A stretch of 64,000 nucleotides of DNA from positions 14,692-78,691 of the forward strand of contig CAZEWZ010000003.1 of the NCBI GenBank assembly GCA_964516765.1, in the 5' to 3' direction. This stretch comes from an uncultured Cryomorphaceae bacterium (GTDB taxonomy: Bacteria > Bacteroidota > Bacteroidia > Flavobacteriales > UBA7430). The stretch's first letter is position 1. The number at the start of each line of letters is the position of its first letter. Under the pieces are notes generated by a model. That model saw nothing but the letters and a program-made list of their open reading frames with translations. It was not told the origin of the DNA and made no database searches. The translations under genes were made by a program, and so were the position numbers. Shown in pieces: positions 40,372 to 49,515 of this stretch.

Positions 40372-41916
40372 TTATTTTGCGTAATTTACTGCCCTAGTTT
40401 CTCTTATTACCGTGACCTTTACTTGTCCTGGGTATGTCATTTCATTTTGAATCTTTTGAGAAATTTCAAAGGACATTGCAGAGGCTTTTTCGTCAGTTAT
40501 TTTCTCGCTTTCGACAATTACTCTTAATTCTCTTCCTGCCTGTATTGCATAGGATTTTAGTACTCCAGGAAGACTTAAAGCCATATTTTCTAGTTCTTTA
40601 ATTCTCTGGATATATGATTCTACAATTTCTCTTCTTGCGCCTGGTCTAGCTCCAGAAATTGAATCACATACTTGAATTATGGGTGAATATAGATTATTCA
40701 TTTCAATTTCATCATGGTGAGCACCAATAGCATTGCAGATATCTGGTTTCTCGCCATATTTTTCCGCGAGTTTCATTCCAATAATAGCATGAGGTATTTC
40801 TGGTTCATCATCTGGAACTTTTCCAATATCGTGAAGTAATCCTGCTCTTTTGGCTGCCTTTGGATTCAGTCCAAGCTCCGAAGCCATGGTTGCAGACAAA
40901 TTAGCAGTTTCTCTACTATGTTGAAGGAGGTTTTGTCCGTAAGAAGAGCGGTATCTCATTCGGCCAACCATTCTTAGTAATTCTGGGTGAAGTCCATGAA
41001 TTCCTAAATCAATACACGTTCGCTTTCCTGTTTCTATAATTTCATTTTCTAATTGTTTTTTTGTTTTTGCGACTACTTCTTCAATTCTTGCCGGGTGAAT
41101 CCGTCCATCTGTAACAAGTTTGTGAAGAGCTAAGCGAGCAATTTCTCTACGAATTGGATCAAAGCATGACAGTATAATTGCTTCTGGGGTGTCATCGACA
41201 ACAATTTCTACTCCAGTGGCTGATTCAAGTGCACGAATATTTCTTCCTTCACGGCCAATAATTCTTCCCTTAATATCATCACTTTCAATATTGAAGACTG
41301 ATACAGCATTTTCGACTGTATGTTCTGTTGCGACTCTTTGTATGGTTTGAATAACTATTTTTTTAGCCTCATTGTTTGCGGTAAGTTTTGCCTCTTCAAT
41401 AGTATGTTGAATTAGAGACATTGCATCTGTTTTTGCTTCTGCCTTCAGTGCATCAATCAGTTGATCTTTTGCATCTTTAGCGCTCATTCCAGAGATGATT
41501 TCCAGTGCGTTGACTTGTCTTAAATGAGATTTTTCCAGATCAATTTTCTTACGTTCAATTGCTTCTAATTGAATAACAATATTTTCTCTCAGAACATCAA
41601 GATCTTTTGACTTACTTTTCGATTCTTCCAGTCTTTGATTCAGTTTGATATCAATATCTTTGGCTTTAGTCTCTAACTCTGAAACAACTCTATTCCTTGA
41701 CATAATTACTTTTTCATGTTCACTTTTTAGTTCAATGAATTTCTCTTTTGCTTGAAGAATTTTTTCTTTTTTGAGCCTATCAGACTCTTTAAGCGCATCA
41801 TTAATTAATGATTTAGATTTTGCTTCTATTGATTTTCTCAATAGAGTAGAGGAGATAATGTAACCCAAAAATAGAGAACAAAAACCTACAATTATTAATG
41901 TTATTTCAGTACTCAT
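40372..41916 (-). CDS. rny: ribonuclease Y
   Basis: 514 aa. N-terminal TM helix, coiled coil, KH domain ([15 protein letters not shown]) and HD domain (LLHDIGK). Confidence 0.95.
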   Translation of the reverse strand: MSTEITLIIVGFCSLFLGYIISSTLLRKSIEAKSKSLINDALKESDRLKKEKILQAKEKFIELKSEHEKVIMSRNRVVSELETKAKDIDIKLNQRLEESKSKSKDLDVLRENIVIQLEAIERKKIDLEKSHLRQVNALEIISGMSAKDAKDQLIDALKAEAKTDAMSLIQHTIEEAKLTANNEAKKIVIQTIQRVATEHTVENAVSVFNIESDDIKGRIIGREGRNIRALESATGVEIVVDDTPEAIILSCFDPIRREIARLALHKLVTDGRIHPARIEEVVAKTKKQLENEIIETGKRTCIDLGIHGLHPELLRMVGRMRYRSSYGQNLLQHSRETANLSATMASELGLNPKAAKRAGLLHDIGKVPDDEPEIPHAIIGMKLAEKYGEKPDICNAIGAHHDEIEMNNLYSPIIQVCDSISGARPGARREIVESYIQRIKELENMALSLPGVLKSYAIQAGRELRVIVESEKITDEKASAMSFEISQKIQNEMTYPGQVKVTVIRETRAVNYAK

Positions 41917-41932
41917 AATAAGTTAATTTTTT

Positions 41933-42116
41933 GAAAAAGAAGCCCGTATTAATTCTGTTAATTAAACTCCTAGAGTTCACTGATGAACCGACCATCTATC
42001 ATCAAACTTCCACTGACACCCGAAGGATCCCGAAGGCTGAGGCTTGTTTTTAAAAAGACGAATCTAATCCAATTATAATAACGTTGAGTTTAACAACTTA
42101 TTGAATCAATACAGGC
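41933..42116 (-). ncRNA. structured RNA candidate between zapA and rny (possible 6S-like RNA or rny 5' leader)
   Basis: On the minus strand, GCCUGUAUUGAUUC (42116-42103) pairs with GAAUUAAUACGGGC (41955-41942) over 14 contiguous bp. The two non-Watson-Crick positions are G-U on the minus strand but C-A on the plus strand. Helices GUU/AAC and UUAAACUC/GAGUUUAA (42093-42086 with 41969-41962) extend this. The enclosed 116 nt holds a UGAUGA/UCAUCA hairpin and tandem CCUUCGGG units. A U-rich tract follows. Confidence 0.5.
42019..42036 (-). repeat. tandem 10-nt-period direct repeat (CCUUCGGG AU CCUUCGGG on the minus strand) inside the RNA candidate
   Basis: The plus strand reads cccgaagg at cccgaagg. 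On the minus strand each unit contains a C(UUCG)G tetraloop motif. Confidence 0.7.
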
Positions 42117-42126
42117 AACTAATCAT

Positions 42127-42432
42127 TTATTTTTTGTTTAAAGAACTTTCAATTAAATCTGTTATTTCAGAATACACGGAATCTACTACTGAATAAATTT
42201 CGGAAGAATTAATTAAATTCTCGCCCTTTGTGTTTTCAACTTTCGACGACAATTGTAATGCGCACATCGCCAGTAAATCTTGTTTGTCATTGACAGCGTA
42301 GTTGGATTCAAATTGCTTAATAATTTTTTCAATCTCCACGGTTGCTCGTCTAATTCCTTCTTCCTCACTACGATTAATACTAAGTGGATAAATTCTTCCA
42401 GCAATAGATACTTTAATTCTAAGCTTATCCAT
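42127..42432 (-). CDS. zapA: cell division protein ZapA
   Basis: 101 aa. KVSIAGRIYPLSINRSEEEGIRRA...DLLAMCALQL matches the ZapA pattern. Confidence 0.8.
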   Translation of the reverse strand: MDKLRIKVSIAGRIYPLSINRSEEEGIRRATVEIEKIIKQFESNYAVNDKQDLLAMCALQLSSKVENTKGENLINSSEIYSVVDSVYSEITDLIESSLNKK

Positions 42433-42441
42433 AATTACTTA

Positions 42442-42732
42442 TCATTGATTTAGATGAGAGATACATTTATCAATTCCCCTGACAAGTTCATTGATTTTAT
42501 GCCTACCTTCATTTCTATCTAAGCCTAATTCAGTCAATGATTTTGCATTAATAATTAATTCTTTTTCAGCTTTAAGGTCTAAGATATTATTTTTTCTTAG
42601 AGACAACTTTTCTTCTAGCAAATAGTTTTCATTTTCTAAAAAAATATTTCTGAGTTTTAATTTGTTATACTCTGAACACAATTTTCGCGTTTTTAAACGA
42701 ATTTTGTCAATTTTATCAACTAAATTATTCAT
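42442..42732 (-). CDS. small coiled-coil protein, first gene of the zapA operon
   Basis: 96 aa and almost entirely heptad-like (LKLRNIFLENENYLLEEKLSLRKNNILDLKAEKELI). It ends 9 nt upstream of zapA, and a perfect TAnnTTTG box lies 22 nt upstream. Confidence 0.6.
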   Translation of the reverse strand: MNNLVDKIDKIRLKTRKLCSEYNKLKLRNIFLENENYLLEEKLSLRKNNILDLKAEKELIINAKSLTELGLDRNEGRHKINELVRGIDKCISHLNQ

Positions 42733-42753
42733 TTCTTTTAATTATATTATTAA

Positions 42754-42761
42754 CAAATATA
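42754..42761 (-). promoter_or_regulatory. candidate -7 box (TATATTTG) for the coiled-coil/zapA operon
   Basis: Perfect TAnnTTTG on the minus strand, 21 nt upstream of the ATG at 42732. Confidence 0.45.
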
Positions 42762-42852
42762 TGGAATAATGATTCATTATTCGAGTTTAAATAAACTAAA
42801 AAAACTCTTTCACCGTTCATAAAAAAAAGTTTTATTAGACCAGGTAATAATA

Positions 42853-42860
42853 TAAATTTG
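42853..42860 (+). promoter_or_regulatory. candidate -7 box (TAAATTTG) for the M23 peptidase gene
   Basis: Perfect TAnnTTTG, 24 nt upstream of the ATG at 42885. Confidence 0.45.
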
Positions 42861-42884
42861 CATTTCAATTTTTATTTCAATTTA

Positions 42885-44597
42885 ATGATCAATTTCAGTA
42901 AAAGTATTTGTTTGTTCCTTTTTTATTTTTTAATTAATACATTAATTGCACAACCCGAATTAATTAAAAATAAGTTTAGATCTCCTTTGCAAATACCTCT
43001 GGTGTTAGCAGGGACTTTTGGCGAACTTCGATCTAATCATTTTCATTCAGGGATTGATATTAAAACAAAAGGTGTAGAAGGATATCCAATTATAGCAATT
43101 GATGATGGATATATCTCAAGAGTCAAGGTAAAGCCAGGAGGGTATGGCAAGGCATTATATCTTACTCATTCAAATGGGTTTGTTTCTGTGTATGCACATT
43201 TAAGAAATTTTCACGATTCTATAGATGATTATCTTTTGAATAAGCAATATGAGAATAGAAGCTATTCTATGGATTTGTTTCCTTTGAGAGATGATTTCTT
43301 ATTTAATCAAGGTGACACGATTGCTTGGAGCGGTAATAGTGGGAGTTCTTCTGGACCTCACCTTCATTTTGAAATAAGAGACACTAAGACTCAAGAGATT
43401 ATTAACCCGTTATTATTCGGGTTTAATACAAAAGATACTTCACCTCCTGTGATAAAAAATTTGTTTGTTTATCCTCTTGATAGTACTTCCAATATTAATG
43501 GTAAGAACGATACATTAATGATTCCAATTCAATCCACTGATGACAATTCTTATTTCTTAGTTGACCAAAGTATTATAGTTGACGGCCCCATAGGTTTTGC
43601 TATAGAGGTCTATGATTGTTTTGACAATGCGCCTAATAAAAATGGAGTTTACAGCCTTGAATTATTTATTGATTCGGGCTTAATTTATAAGCACGATATG
43701 GATCGTTTTTCATTTTCGGAAACTCGTTATATTAATTCTCTAATGGATTATCATGCTAATAAATTATTTGGATTTAGGCCTCAAAAATCTTTTCTAGACT
43801 CAAATAATAAGCTTAGCATTTATAAATTCATGAAAGACAGAGGGCATCTTTTTTTTGATGTGAATGCCTCTCATCATGCAATTTATCAAGTAAGAGATTT
43901 GGCCGGAAATAGTTCTATGCTCGAATTCAATTTTACTTCCGATACTAGTTTGCAACAAGTATATAAATCGAAACATGGTACTTTTTTTTCTTTCGGTAAA
44001 GAAAATTCATTTCAAAAGAACGATTTTCAGCTTCGTATCCCTAAATACAGTCTATACAATGATTTGTATTTTTCCTATTCTATTGAGCCCTCTTCAGACG
44101 AATTCATTTGTGATATTCACAAGATTCACAATGAAGACACTCCTTTACATTTATCTTATTCAATTTCTTTAGATGTCCCTATTACTGATGAAGAATTGAG
44201 AGATAAGGCAGTTATCTGTCGTTTGGAAAATAAAGAGAATTTATCATGCTTGTCTTCGCAATGGAAAGGTGGGTTTTTGACTGCAAATAGCAATAGCTTT
44301 GGTCATTATGCCGCTTTGATTGATACAATTCCTCCAGTTATCAAGAAAAAGTCTTTTTCTAGTGACTTGACTACTGCTTCTCTGATGAGTTTTGAGGTAG
44401 AAGATGAATTAAGCGGATTGGCATCTTATAATGCATTTGTCGATGGAACATGGGTTCTATTTGAATATGATCAGAAAAATAAAATTATTACACATTATTT
44501 TGATGGATATATTTCATCTGGATATCACAATCTTGAAATTATTGTGAAGGATTATGTAAATAATGAAAAACGTCTTAAACTTCAATTTGTCCGTTAA
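42885..44597 (+). CDS. M23-family metallopeptidase with a long C-terminal extension
   Basis: HFHSGIDIK and GPHLHFEIRD zinc-ligand motifs, and signal peptide MINFSKSICLFLFYFLINTLIAQ. The ORF-track start at 42858 is a TTG lying inside the promoter -7 box, so I prefer the ATG at 42885. Confidence 0.85.
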   Translation: MINFSKSICLFLFYFLINTLIAQPELIKNKFRSPLQIPLVLAGTFGELRSNHFHSGIDIKTKGVEGYPIIAIDDGYISRVKVKPGGYGKALYLTHSNGFVSVYAHLRNFHDSIDDYLLNKQYENRSYSMDLFPLRDDFLFNQGDTIAWSGNSGSSSGPHLHFEIRDTKTQEIINPLLFGFNTKDTSPPVIKNLFVYPLDSTSNINGKNDTLMIPIQSTDDNSYFLVDQSIIVDGPIGFAIEVYDCFDNAPNKNGVYSLELFIDSGLIYKHDMDRFSFSETRYINSLMDYHANKLFGFRPQKSFLDSNNKLSIYKFMKDRGHLFFDVNASHHAIYQVRDLAGNSSMLEFNFTSDTSLQQVYKSKHGTFFSFGKENSFQKNDFQLRIPKYSLYNDLYFSYSIEPSSDEFICDIHKIHNEDTPLHLSYSISLDVPITDEELRDKAVICRLENKENLSCLSSQWKGGFLTANSNSFGHYAALIDTIPPVIKKKSFSSDLTTASLMSFEVEDELSGLASYNAFVDGTWVLFEYDQKNKIITHYFDGYISSGYHNLEIIVKDYVNNEKRLKLQFVR

Positions 44598-44619
44598 AAA
44601 TATATCTATATTCGCATCC

Positions 44620-47025
44620 ATGGCCATTGATAAAAATATTTGTTTCTTTTTTTTAGCTTGTTTTTTTCTTCAGCTTTTGGTTGCGCAAGAGAATATAATC
44701 TTTGGAGTTTTAAAAGATTCGAAAGGGTTGCCCATTGAGGGATTGACTATAGAATATAAGAATTTTGGAGCGATTAGTGATTTTGAAGGAAATTACCGAA
44801 TATCATTTCCTCATAAAAAACAAGTTTCTGTTGTTTTTTCTCACCTAGGATTCATAAATCAAATTCATAATTTGAGAATTAAGCAAGACGATTCCCTTGA
44901 ATTTAATTTAATTTTTGAACCCCAAGTAAATACTATATCTGAAGTCGAAGTGATTGATGAGGCCTTAAGAAACCAAAATATATCAACGATTGACGCAAAA
45001 AATTTAAATTTTGTCACAGGACCAACAGGAGGAGTAGAGAGCTTGATTAGTACCATGGCCGGAGTAAGTACAAAAAATGAAATGAGTTCTCAATATTCAG
45101 TCCGTGGTGGAAATTTTGATGAAAATTTAGTCTATGTAAATGGCTTTGAAATTTATAGGCCTTTCCTGGTTCGGAGTGGAGAACAAGAGGGATTAAGTTT
45201 CATTAATTCAGATATGGTTCAAGATATTTCTTTTTCTGCCGGTGGTTTTGGTTCTCGTTATGGGGACAAGTTGTCTTCAGTACTAGATATTCAATATAAG
45301 GATCCAAAATCATGGAAAAACCATTTGACACTAAGTTTTCTGGGATTTAGTGCCACTATTGAAGGAATTAGCACTTCTAGACGTTGGTCTCATGTGACGA
45401 GCTTTAGGCAGAAAACAAATCAATTTTTATTAAACAGTTTAGATACAGAGTCAAGCTATCGGCCAAATTTTAATGATTTTCAAACATTGAACACTCTTCA
45501 TATTAATTCTCAAATTACTTTGAGTCTTCTTGGTCATATATCATCCAACACCTATCAGTCCATTCCTCAATCTAGACAAAGTGATTTTGGAACCATTGAC
45601 CAACCTCTGAGATTAAATATTTATTTTGATGGCCAAGAGGAAGATTCTTACAAAAGTGGAATGGGAGCTGCTCGTATTGATTATCAAATTCACGACAGTC
45701 TTAAAATGAGTTTGGCAACCTCTCTTTTTCAAACACGCGAAGAGGAATATTTTGATGTTGAAGCTCAATATTGGTTGGGTCAATTGGACAACAGTTTAAG
45801 CTCAGATAATTTTGGTGAGGTAGTTGCTAACCGAGGGGTTGGAGGCTTTTTTAGACATGCAAGGAATGACCTTTTTGCCCAAGTGTTTAATATCCAATAT
45901 CGATCCAAATGGGCACATAATTATTCTTCCACAGAATGGGGTGCTAAATATCAAAGTGAAAATATAAATGATAGACTAAATGAGTGGCAGTTGATTGATT
46001 CCTCAGGATTCTCAATGCCTCAAGGATTAGATACAATTCTTGAAATTTTTGAATATGTAGAAGCAAACAATCGTTTAACATCTCATCGTTTAACATCTTA
46101 TATACAACAGAATGGGGAAATAAACTTTGCGCAAACTAAATTCAATTTTAATATCGGTTTAAGAAGTCATTACTGGTCCATGAATAAGGAGTATTTTTTG
46201 TCGCCACGAGCGGGAATAAGTTTTCTCCCTGACTGGGAAAAAGATGTGCTTATCAAGTTTTCAGTCGGCTCTTACAATCAATCTCCATTTTATAGAGAAC
46301 TTAGAGACAAAAAAGGGAACCTATTTACCCAAATTAAATCTCAAAAGTCGATTCATTTTGTTGTGGCAGCAGATTATAATTTTTCTTCTTGGGGACGCCC
46401 TTTTAAATTTGTAACAACTCTTTATTATAAATCTTTAAAAGATATAATTCCCTATGAGATTGATAATTTACGAATTCGATATTTGCCTGAAAAAAGTGCT
46501 CAGGGTTACACCACAGGTATAGATCTTCGAGTTAATGGAGAGTTCGTTCCTGGTGTCGAGTCTTGGGCTAGTTTTTCTTTAATGAAAAGTGAAGAAGATA
46601 TCGTCGGTGATGGATATGGTTTTATTCCAAGACCCACCGACCAAAGATTAAGCTTTTCTCTATTTTTTCAGGATTATTTACCTAAAAGTCCCTCTTATAA
46701 AACGAATCTTAGGCTTCATTACAGCTCTGGGCTACCTGTAGGAGCAATCAATTCAGAACGGTATGAGCAAACAATAAGAATTCCTGCATACAGGAGAGTT
46801 GATATCGGTTTTACTAAGATTATTAAGCAGGGGAATCAAGGATCTAAATGGAAGTATTTTGAGAATTTCGATTCTGTCTGGTTGAGTGCTGAAGTATTCA
46901 ATTTATTAGGTATTCGAAACACAGTTTCTTACTTATGGGTAACCGATGTTGTTCAAAACCAGTATGCGGTTCCCAATTACTTGACTTCCCGTTTGCTTAA
47001 TTTTAAACTCCAGATGAAATTCTAA
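44620..47025 (+). CDS. TonB-dependent-receptor-like outer membrane protein with an N-terminal carboxypeptidase-regulatory-like domain
   Basis: I moved the start to the ATG at 44620 (MAIDKNICFFFLACFFLQLLVAQ signal peptide). The CarbopepD_reg-like segment (GVLKDSKGLPIEGLTIEY...FEGNYRISF) is followed by a plug-like region and a long barrel ending in an aromatic residue (KLQMKF). Confidence 0.65.
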   Translation: MAIDKNICFFFLACFFLQLLVAQENIIFGVLKDSKGLPIEGLTIEYKNFGAISDFEGNYRISFPHKKQVSVVFSHLGFINQIHNLRIKQDDSLEFNLIFEPQVNTISEVEVIDEALRNQNISTIDAKNLNFVTGPTGGVESLISTMAGVSTKNEMSSQYSVRGGNFDENLVYVNGFEIYRPFLVRSGEQEGLSFINSDMVQDISFSAGGFGSRYGDKLSSVLDIQYKDPKSWKNHLTLSFLGFSATIEGISTSRRWSHVTSFRQKTNQFLLNSLDTESSYRPNFNDFQTLNTLHINSQITLSLLGHISSNTYQSIPQSRQSDFGTIDQPLRLNIYFDGQEEDSYKSGMGAARIDYQIHDSLKMSLATSLFQTREEEYFDVEAQYWLGQLDNSLSSDNFGEVVANRGVGGFFRHARNDLFAQVFNIQYRSKWAHNYSSTEWGAKYQSENINDRLNEWQLIDSSGFSMPQGLDTILEIFEYVEANNRLTSHRLTSYIQQNGEINFAQTKFNFNIGLRSHYWSMNKEYFLSPRAGISFLPDWEKDVLIKFSVGSYNQSPFYRELRDKKGNLFTQIKSQKSIHFVVAADYNFSSWGRPFKFVTTLYYKSLKDIIPYEIDNLRIRYLPEKSAQGYTTGIDLRVNGEFVPGVESWASFSLMKSEEDIVGDGYGFIPRPTDQRLSFSLFFQDYLPKSPSYKTNLRLHYSSGLPVGAINSERYEQTIRIPAYRRVDIGFTKIIKQGNQGSKWKYFENFDSVWLSAEVFNLLGIRNTVSYLWVTDVVQNQYAVPNYLTSRLLNFKLQMKF

Positions 47026-47040
47026 AGCCTTAGTATCTGT

Positions 47041-47877
47041 TTATAAATCAAGTCTCATATCCATCTTTGGGGTGGTTTGTGAACTGTCTGCAGTAAATGT
47101 TAGAACATATGCCTGATGTTTTCTCATATTTAGGACTTTTCCTTCTTCAAATATTAAGTACTGTCCTTTAATTCCTAACAAACACCCCTCAATTATGGGA
47201 GATTTGTCAAAGCTCATGCTTTTGACTTTTTTTGGATATTCATCCACTGGATAATCTAGATATAGAATGTCCTCTTTTTCGAGAAGATAGTTGTGGTATT
47301 TTTTGGGAATTAATTGAATGAGTTCTGCTCGCTTTTTAAACAAATTTTCATGAGTGATTTCATTTTTCAACATTCTTTGCCAGGCGGTTCGGTCTGACAC
47401 ATATTTCTTTAGAAAAACCTCAATCATTCCAGAGAGATACCTGTTGGGTGTTTTTGCAATGGGTACAGCATAACTTGCTCCTTGATCAATCCATCTTGTT
47501 GGAACTTGGGTATCTCTAGTGATACCAACTTTAATTCCGCTAGAAACAGCCAAATATACAAAGTGATCTTTTAGATGATGTTTTTTTTCCCATTCTAAAT
47601 CACGACCTTCCCCCAGATGAGCGCGACATAATTCGGGTTTAATAATACATTCTGAAGCCATAGGGCTTCTCTGAAAGCAGGGATAACAGAATCCTTGATT
47701 AAATGATTTTTTTGTTCGTTTCTCGCAGTCGAGACAGATAATTTCACCCTCAAAACTAAATTTAATATGCTTTCCAATCCAAGTGTTCAAATGAAGTATT
47801 TCCTTTCCAATGGGTAAATAGTACTGAATGGGATTATTTATTGCGGTTTTCATCTTAAGAATTCGTCCTTTCATCAT
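47041..47877 (-). CDS. DUF2797 domain-containing protein
   Basis: 278 aa. Four-cysteine ribbon CLDCEKRTKKSFNQGFCYPCF, followed by CRAHLGEGRD...VYLAVSSGIKVGITR, as I remember for DUF2797. Confidence 0.6.
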   Translation of the reverse strand: MMKGRILKMKTAINNPIQYYLPIGKEILHLNTWIGKHIKFSFEGEIICLDCEKRTKKSFNQGFCYPCFQRSPMASECIIKPELCRAHLGEGRDLEWEKKHHLKDHFVYLAVSSGIKVGITRDTQVPTRWIDQGASYAVPIAKTPNRYLSGMIEVFLKKYVSDRTAWQRMLKNEITHENLFKKRAELIQLIPKKYHNYLLEKEDILYLDYPVDEYPKKVKSMSFDKSPIIEGCLLGIKGQYLIFEEGKVLNMRKHQAYVLTFTADSSQTTPKMDMRLDL

Positions 47878-47947
47878 TATATCAATTGGATTTTTTTGTA
47901 GTTTCGATTAGCGATGAAATATACATAAATTATAAGTTTTGGATTGA

Positions 47948-49456
47948 ATGAAAATATATAATTCGATAGCTGGTTGGATTATCAAGAAGCGAATTTATCA
48001 GATTAATTTGTTTGTTGAATTTCCTCATAAGTTCCAGGAAAATATTCGTCATGAATTAATTCAAAATGCGAAAAAAACAGTCTATGGAATTAAATATAAT
48101 TTTAAAGATATTCAATCTAAGAGTGATTTTATAAAAAATGTTCCTTTGTCTAATTATGATGATCTTTATCCTTTTATTAATAGGATGAGATCTGGGGAAC
48201 AGAATATTCTATGGCCTACTCAGATAAAATGGTTTGCAAAGTCTTCTGGTACAGAAAACAGTAAGAGTAAATATATACCCATAAGCAAAGAATCTATAAA
48301 AAACTGCCATTATAAAGGTGGAAAAGATTTATTGTCTCTTTATTGTAATAATTTTCCAGTTAAAAAGATCTTTGAGGGTAAAAGTGTCGTGTTAGGTGGT
48401 TCTCACGAAATATCCTCTCTTTCTGATCATATGAGTGAAGGTGACCTTTCAGCAATCATTATCGATAATTTACCTTTTTGGGTTAAGTTTCAGCAATTTC
48501 CCCACCAAAAAATTGCACTAATGAACGAATGGGAAAAGAAAATTGATTTAATGGCTGATCAAGCGATTAATGAAAATGTAAGCTCACTTTCTGGAGTCCC
48601 TTCTTGGACGATGGTATTTTTCAACAAAGTATTAGAAAAATCAGGTAAATCTAATTTACACGAGGTTTGGCCAAATTTTGAGTTATACATGCATGGTGGA
48701 ATTCAATTTTCGCCCTATAAAAAACATTTCGATAAACTTTTCCCAAAAGGAATAAATTATTTAGAGTCATACAATGCTTCTGAAGGTTTTTTTGGCGTTC
48801 AAGATGTTCCTGGCAAACAAGGAATGTTGTTGATGCTAAATTATGGTATATACTATGAATTTATACCATTGAAAAGCCTCTCAGATTCCATACCAATTTC
48901 GCTTTCTCTATTAGAGGTTAAAATGAATAATGATTATGCTTTGGTAATCTCTACAAATTCTGGTTTATGGCGCTATTTAATTGGTGATACAATTCGTTTC
49001 ACAAGTCTTTCTCCGTTTAGAATTATTATAACCGGAAGAACAAAACATTTTATGAATTCTTTTGGAGAAGAATTGATGGTTCACAATGCTGATAGAGCTT
49101 TACAAATAGCTTGTGATAAAACTCATTCAGAATATTCTGAGTATACCGCAGCTCCTAAATATACTAGCTCAAAAATTGATGCTTACCATGAATGGCTTGT
49201 TGAATTTATTTTACCTCCGAATGATATTGATTTTTTTATTGATATTTTCGATACCGCATTAATGACTTTGAATTCAGATTATGAGGCCAAGAGATATAAG
49301 AGTATAATTCTTCAGAAACCCAAGATTCATATTGCAAGAAAAAGATTGTTTTATGATTGGATGAAGCAAAAAGGAAAACTAGGTGGGCAGAACAAAATTC
49401 CTCGCTTATCAGACAATCGAATTTATTTAGAAGAACTTTTAAAGATGAACACTTAA
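47948..49456 (+). CDS. GH3-family (acyl-acid amido synthetase-like) adenylating enzyme
   Basis: 502 aa. FAKSSGTENSKSKYIPIS corresponds to the GH3/ANL phosphate-binding loop. The length and overall pattern match the proteins annotated in Bacteroidota as the GH3 auxin-responsive promoter family. Confidence 0.8.
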   Translation: MKIYNSIAGWIIKKRIYQINLFVEFPHKFQENIRHELIQNAKKTVYGIKYNFKDIQSKSDFIKNVPLSNYDDLYPFINRMRSGEQNILWPTQIKWFAKSSGTENSKSKYIPISKESIKNCHYKGGKDLLSLYCNNFPVKKIFEGKSVVLGGSHEISSLSDHMSEGDLSAIIIDNLPFWVKFQQFPHQKIALMNEWEKKIDLMADQAINENVSSLSGVPSWTMVFFNKVLEKSGKSNLHEVWPNFELYMHGGIQFSPYKKHFDKLFPKGINYLESYNASEGFFGVQDVPGKQGMLLMLNYGIYYEFIPLKSLSDSIPISLSLLEVKMNNDYALVISTNSGLWRYLIGDTIRFTSLSPFRIIITGRTKHFMNSFGEELMVHNADRALQIACDKTHSEYSEYTAAPKYTSSKIDAYHEWLVEFILPPNDIDFFIDIFDTALMTLNSDYEAKRYKSIILQKPKIHIARKRLFYDWMKQKGKLGGQNKIPRLSDNRIYLEELLKMNT

Positions 49457-49515
49457 TTTTTATCGCTCTTCGTAAAAAAATTGTATTTTTAATCTTTAAT
49501 TTCAAAATAAATAAA

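Noticed and set aside
42065-42080. A TATAATTG element (minus strand) inside the RNA candidate, with a TTG 16 nt upstream, as a possible internal promoter for rny.
   Set aside because: It has one mismatch to TAnnTTTG and lies within the proposed helix-bounded RNA. I cannot decide between an internal promoter and chance. I mention it as part of the rny-leader alternative rather than calling it as a feature.
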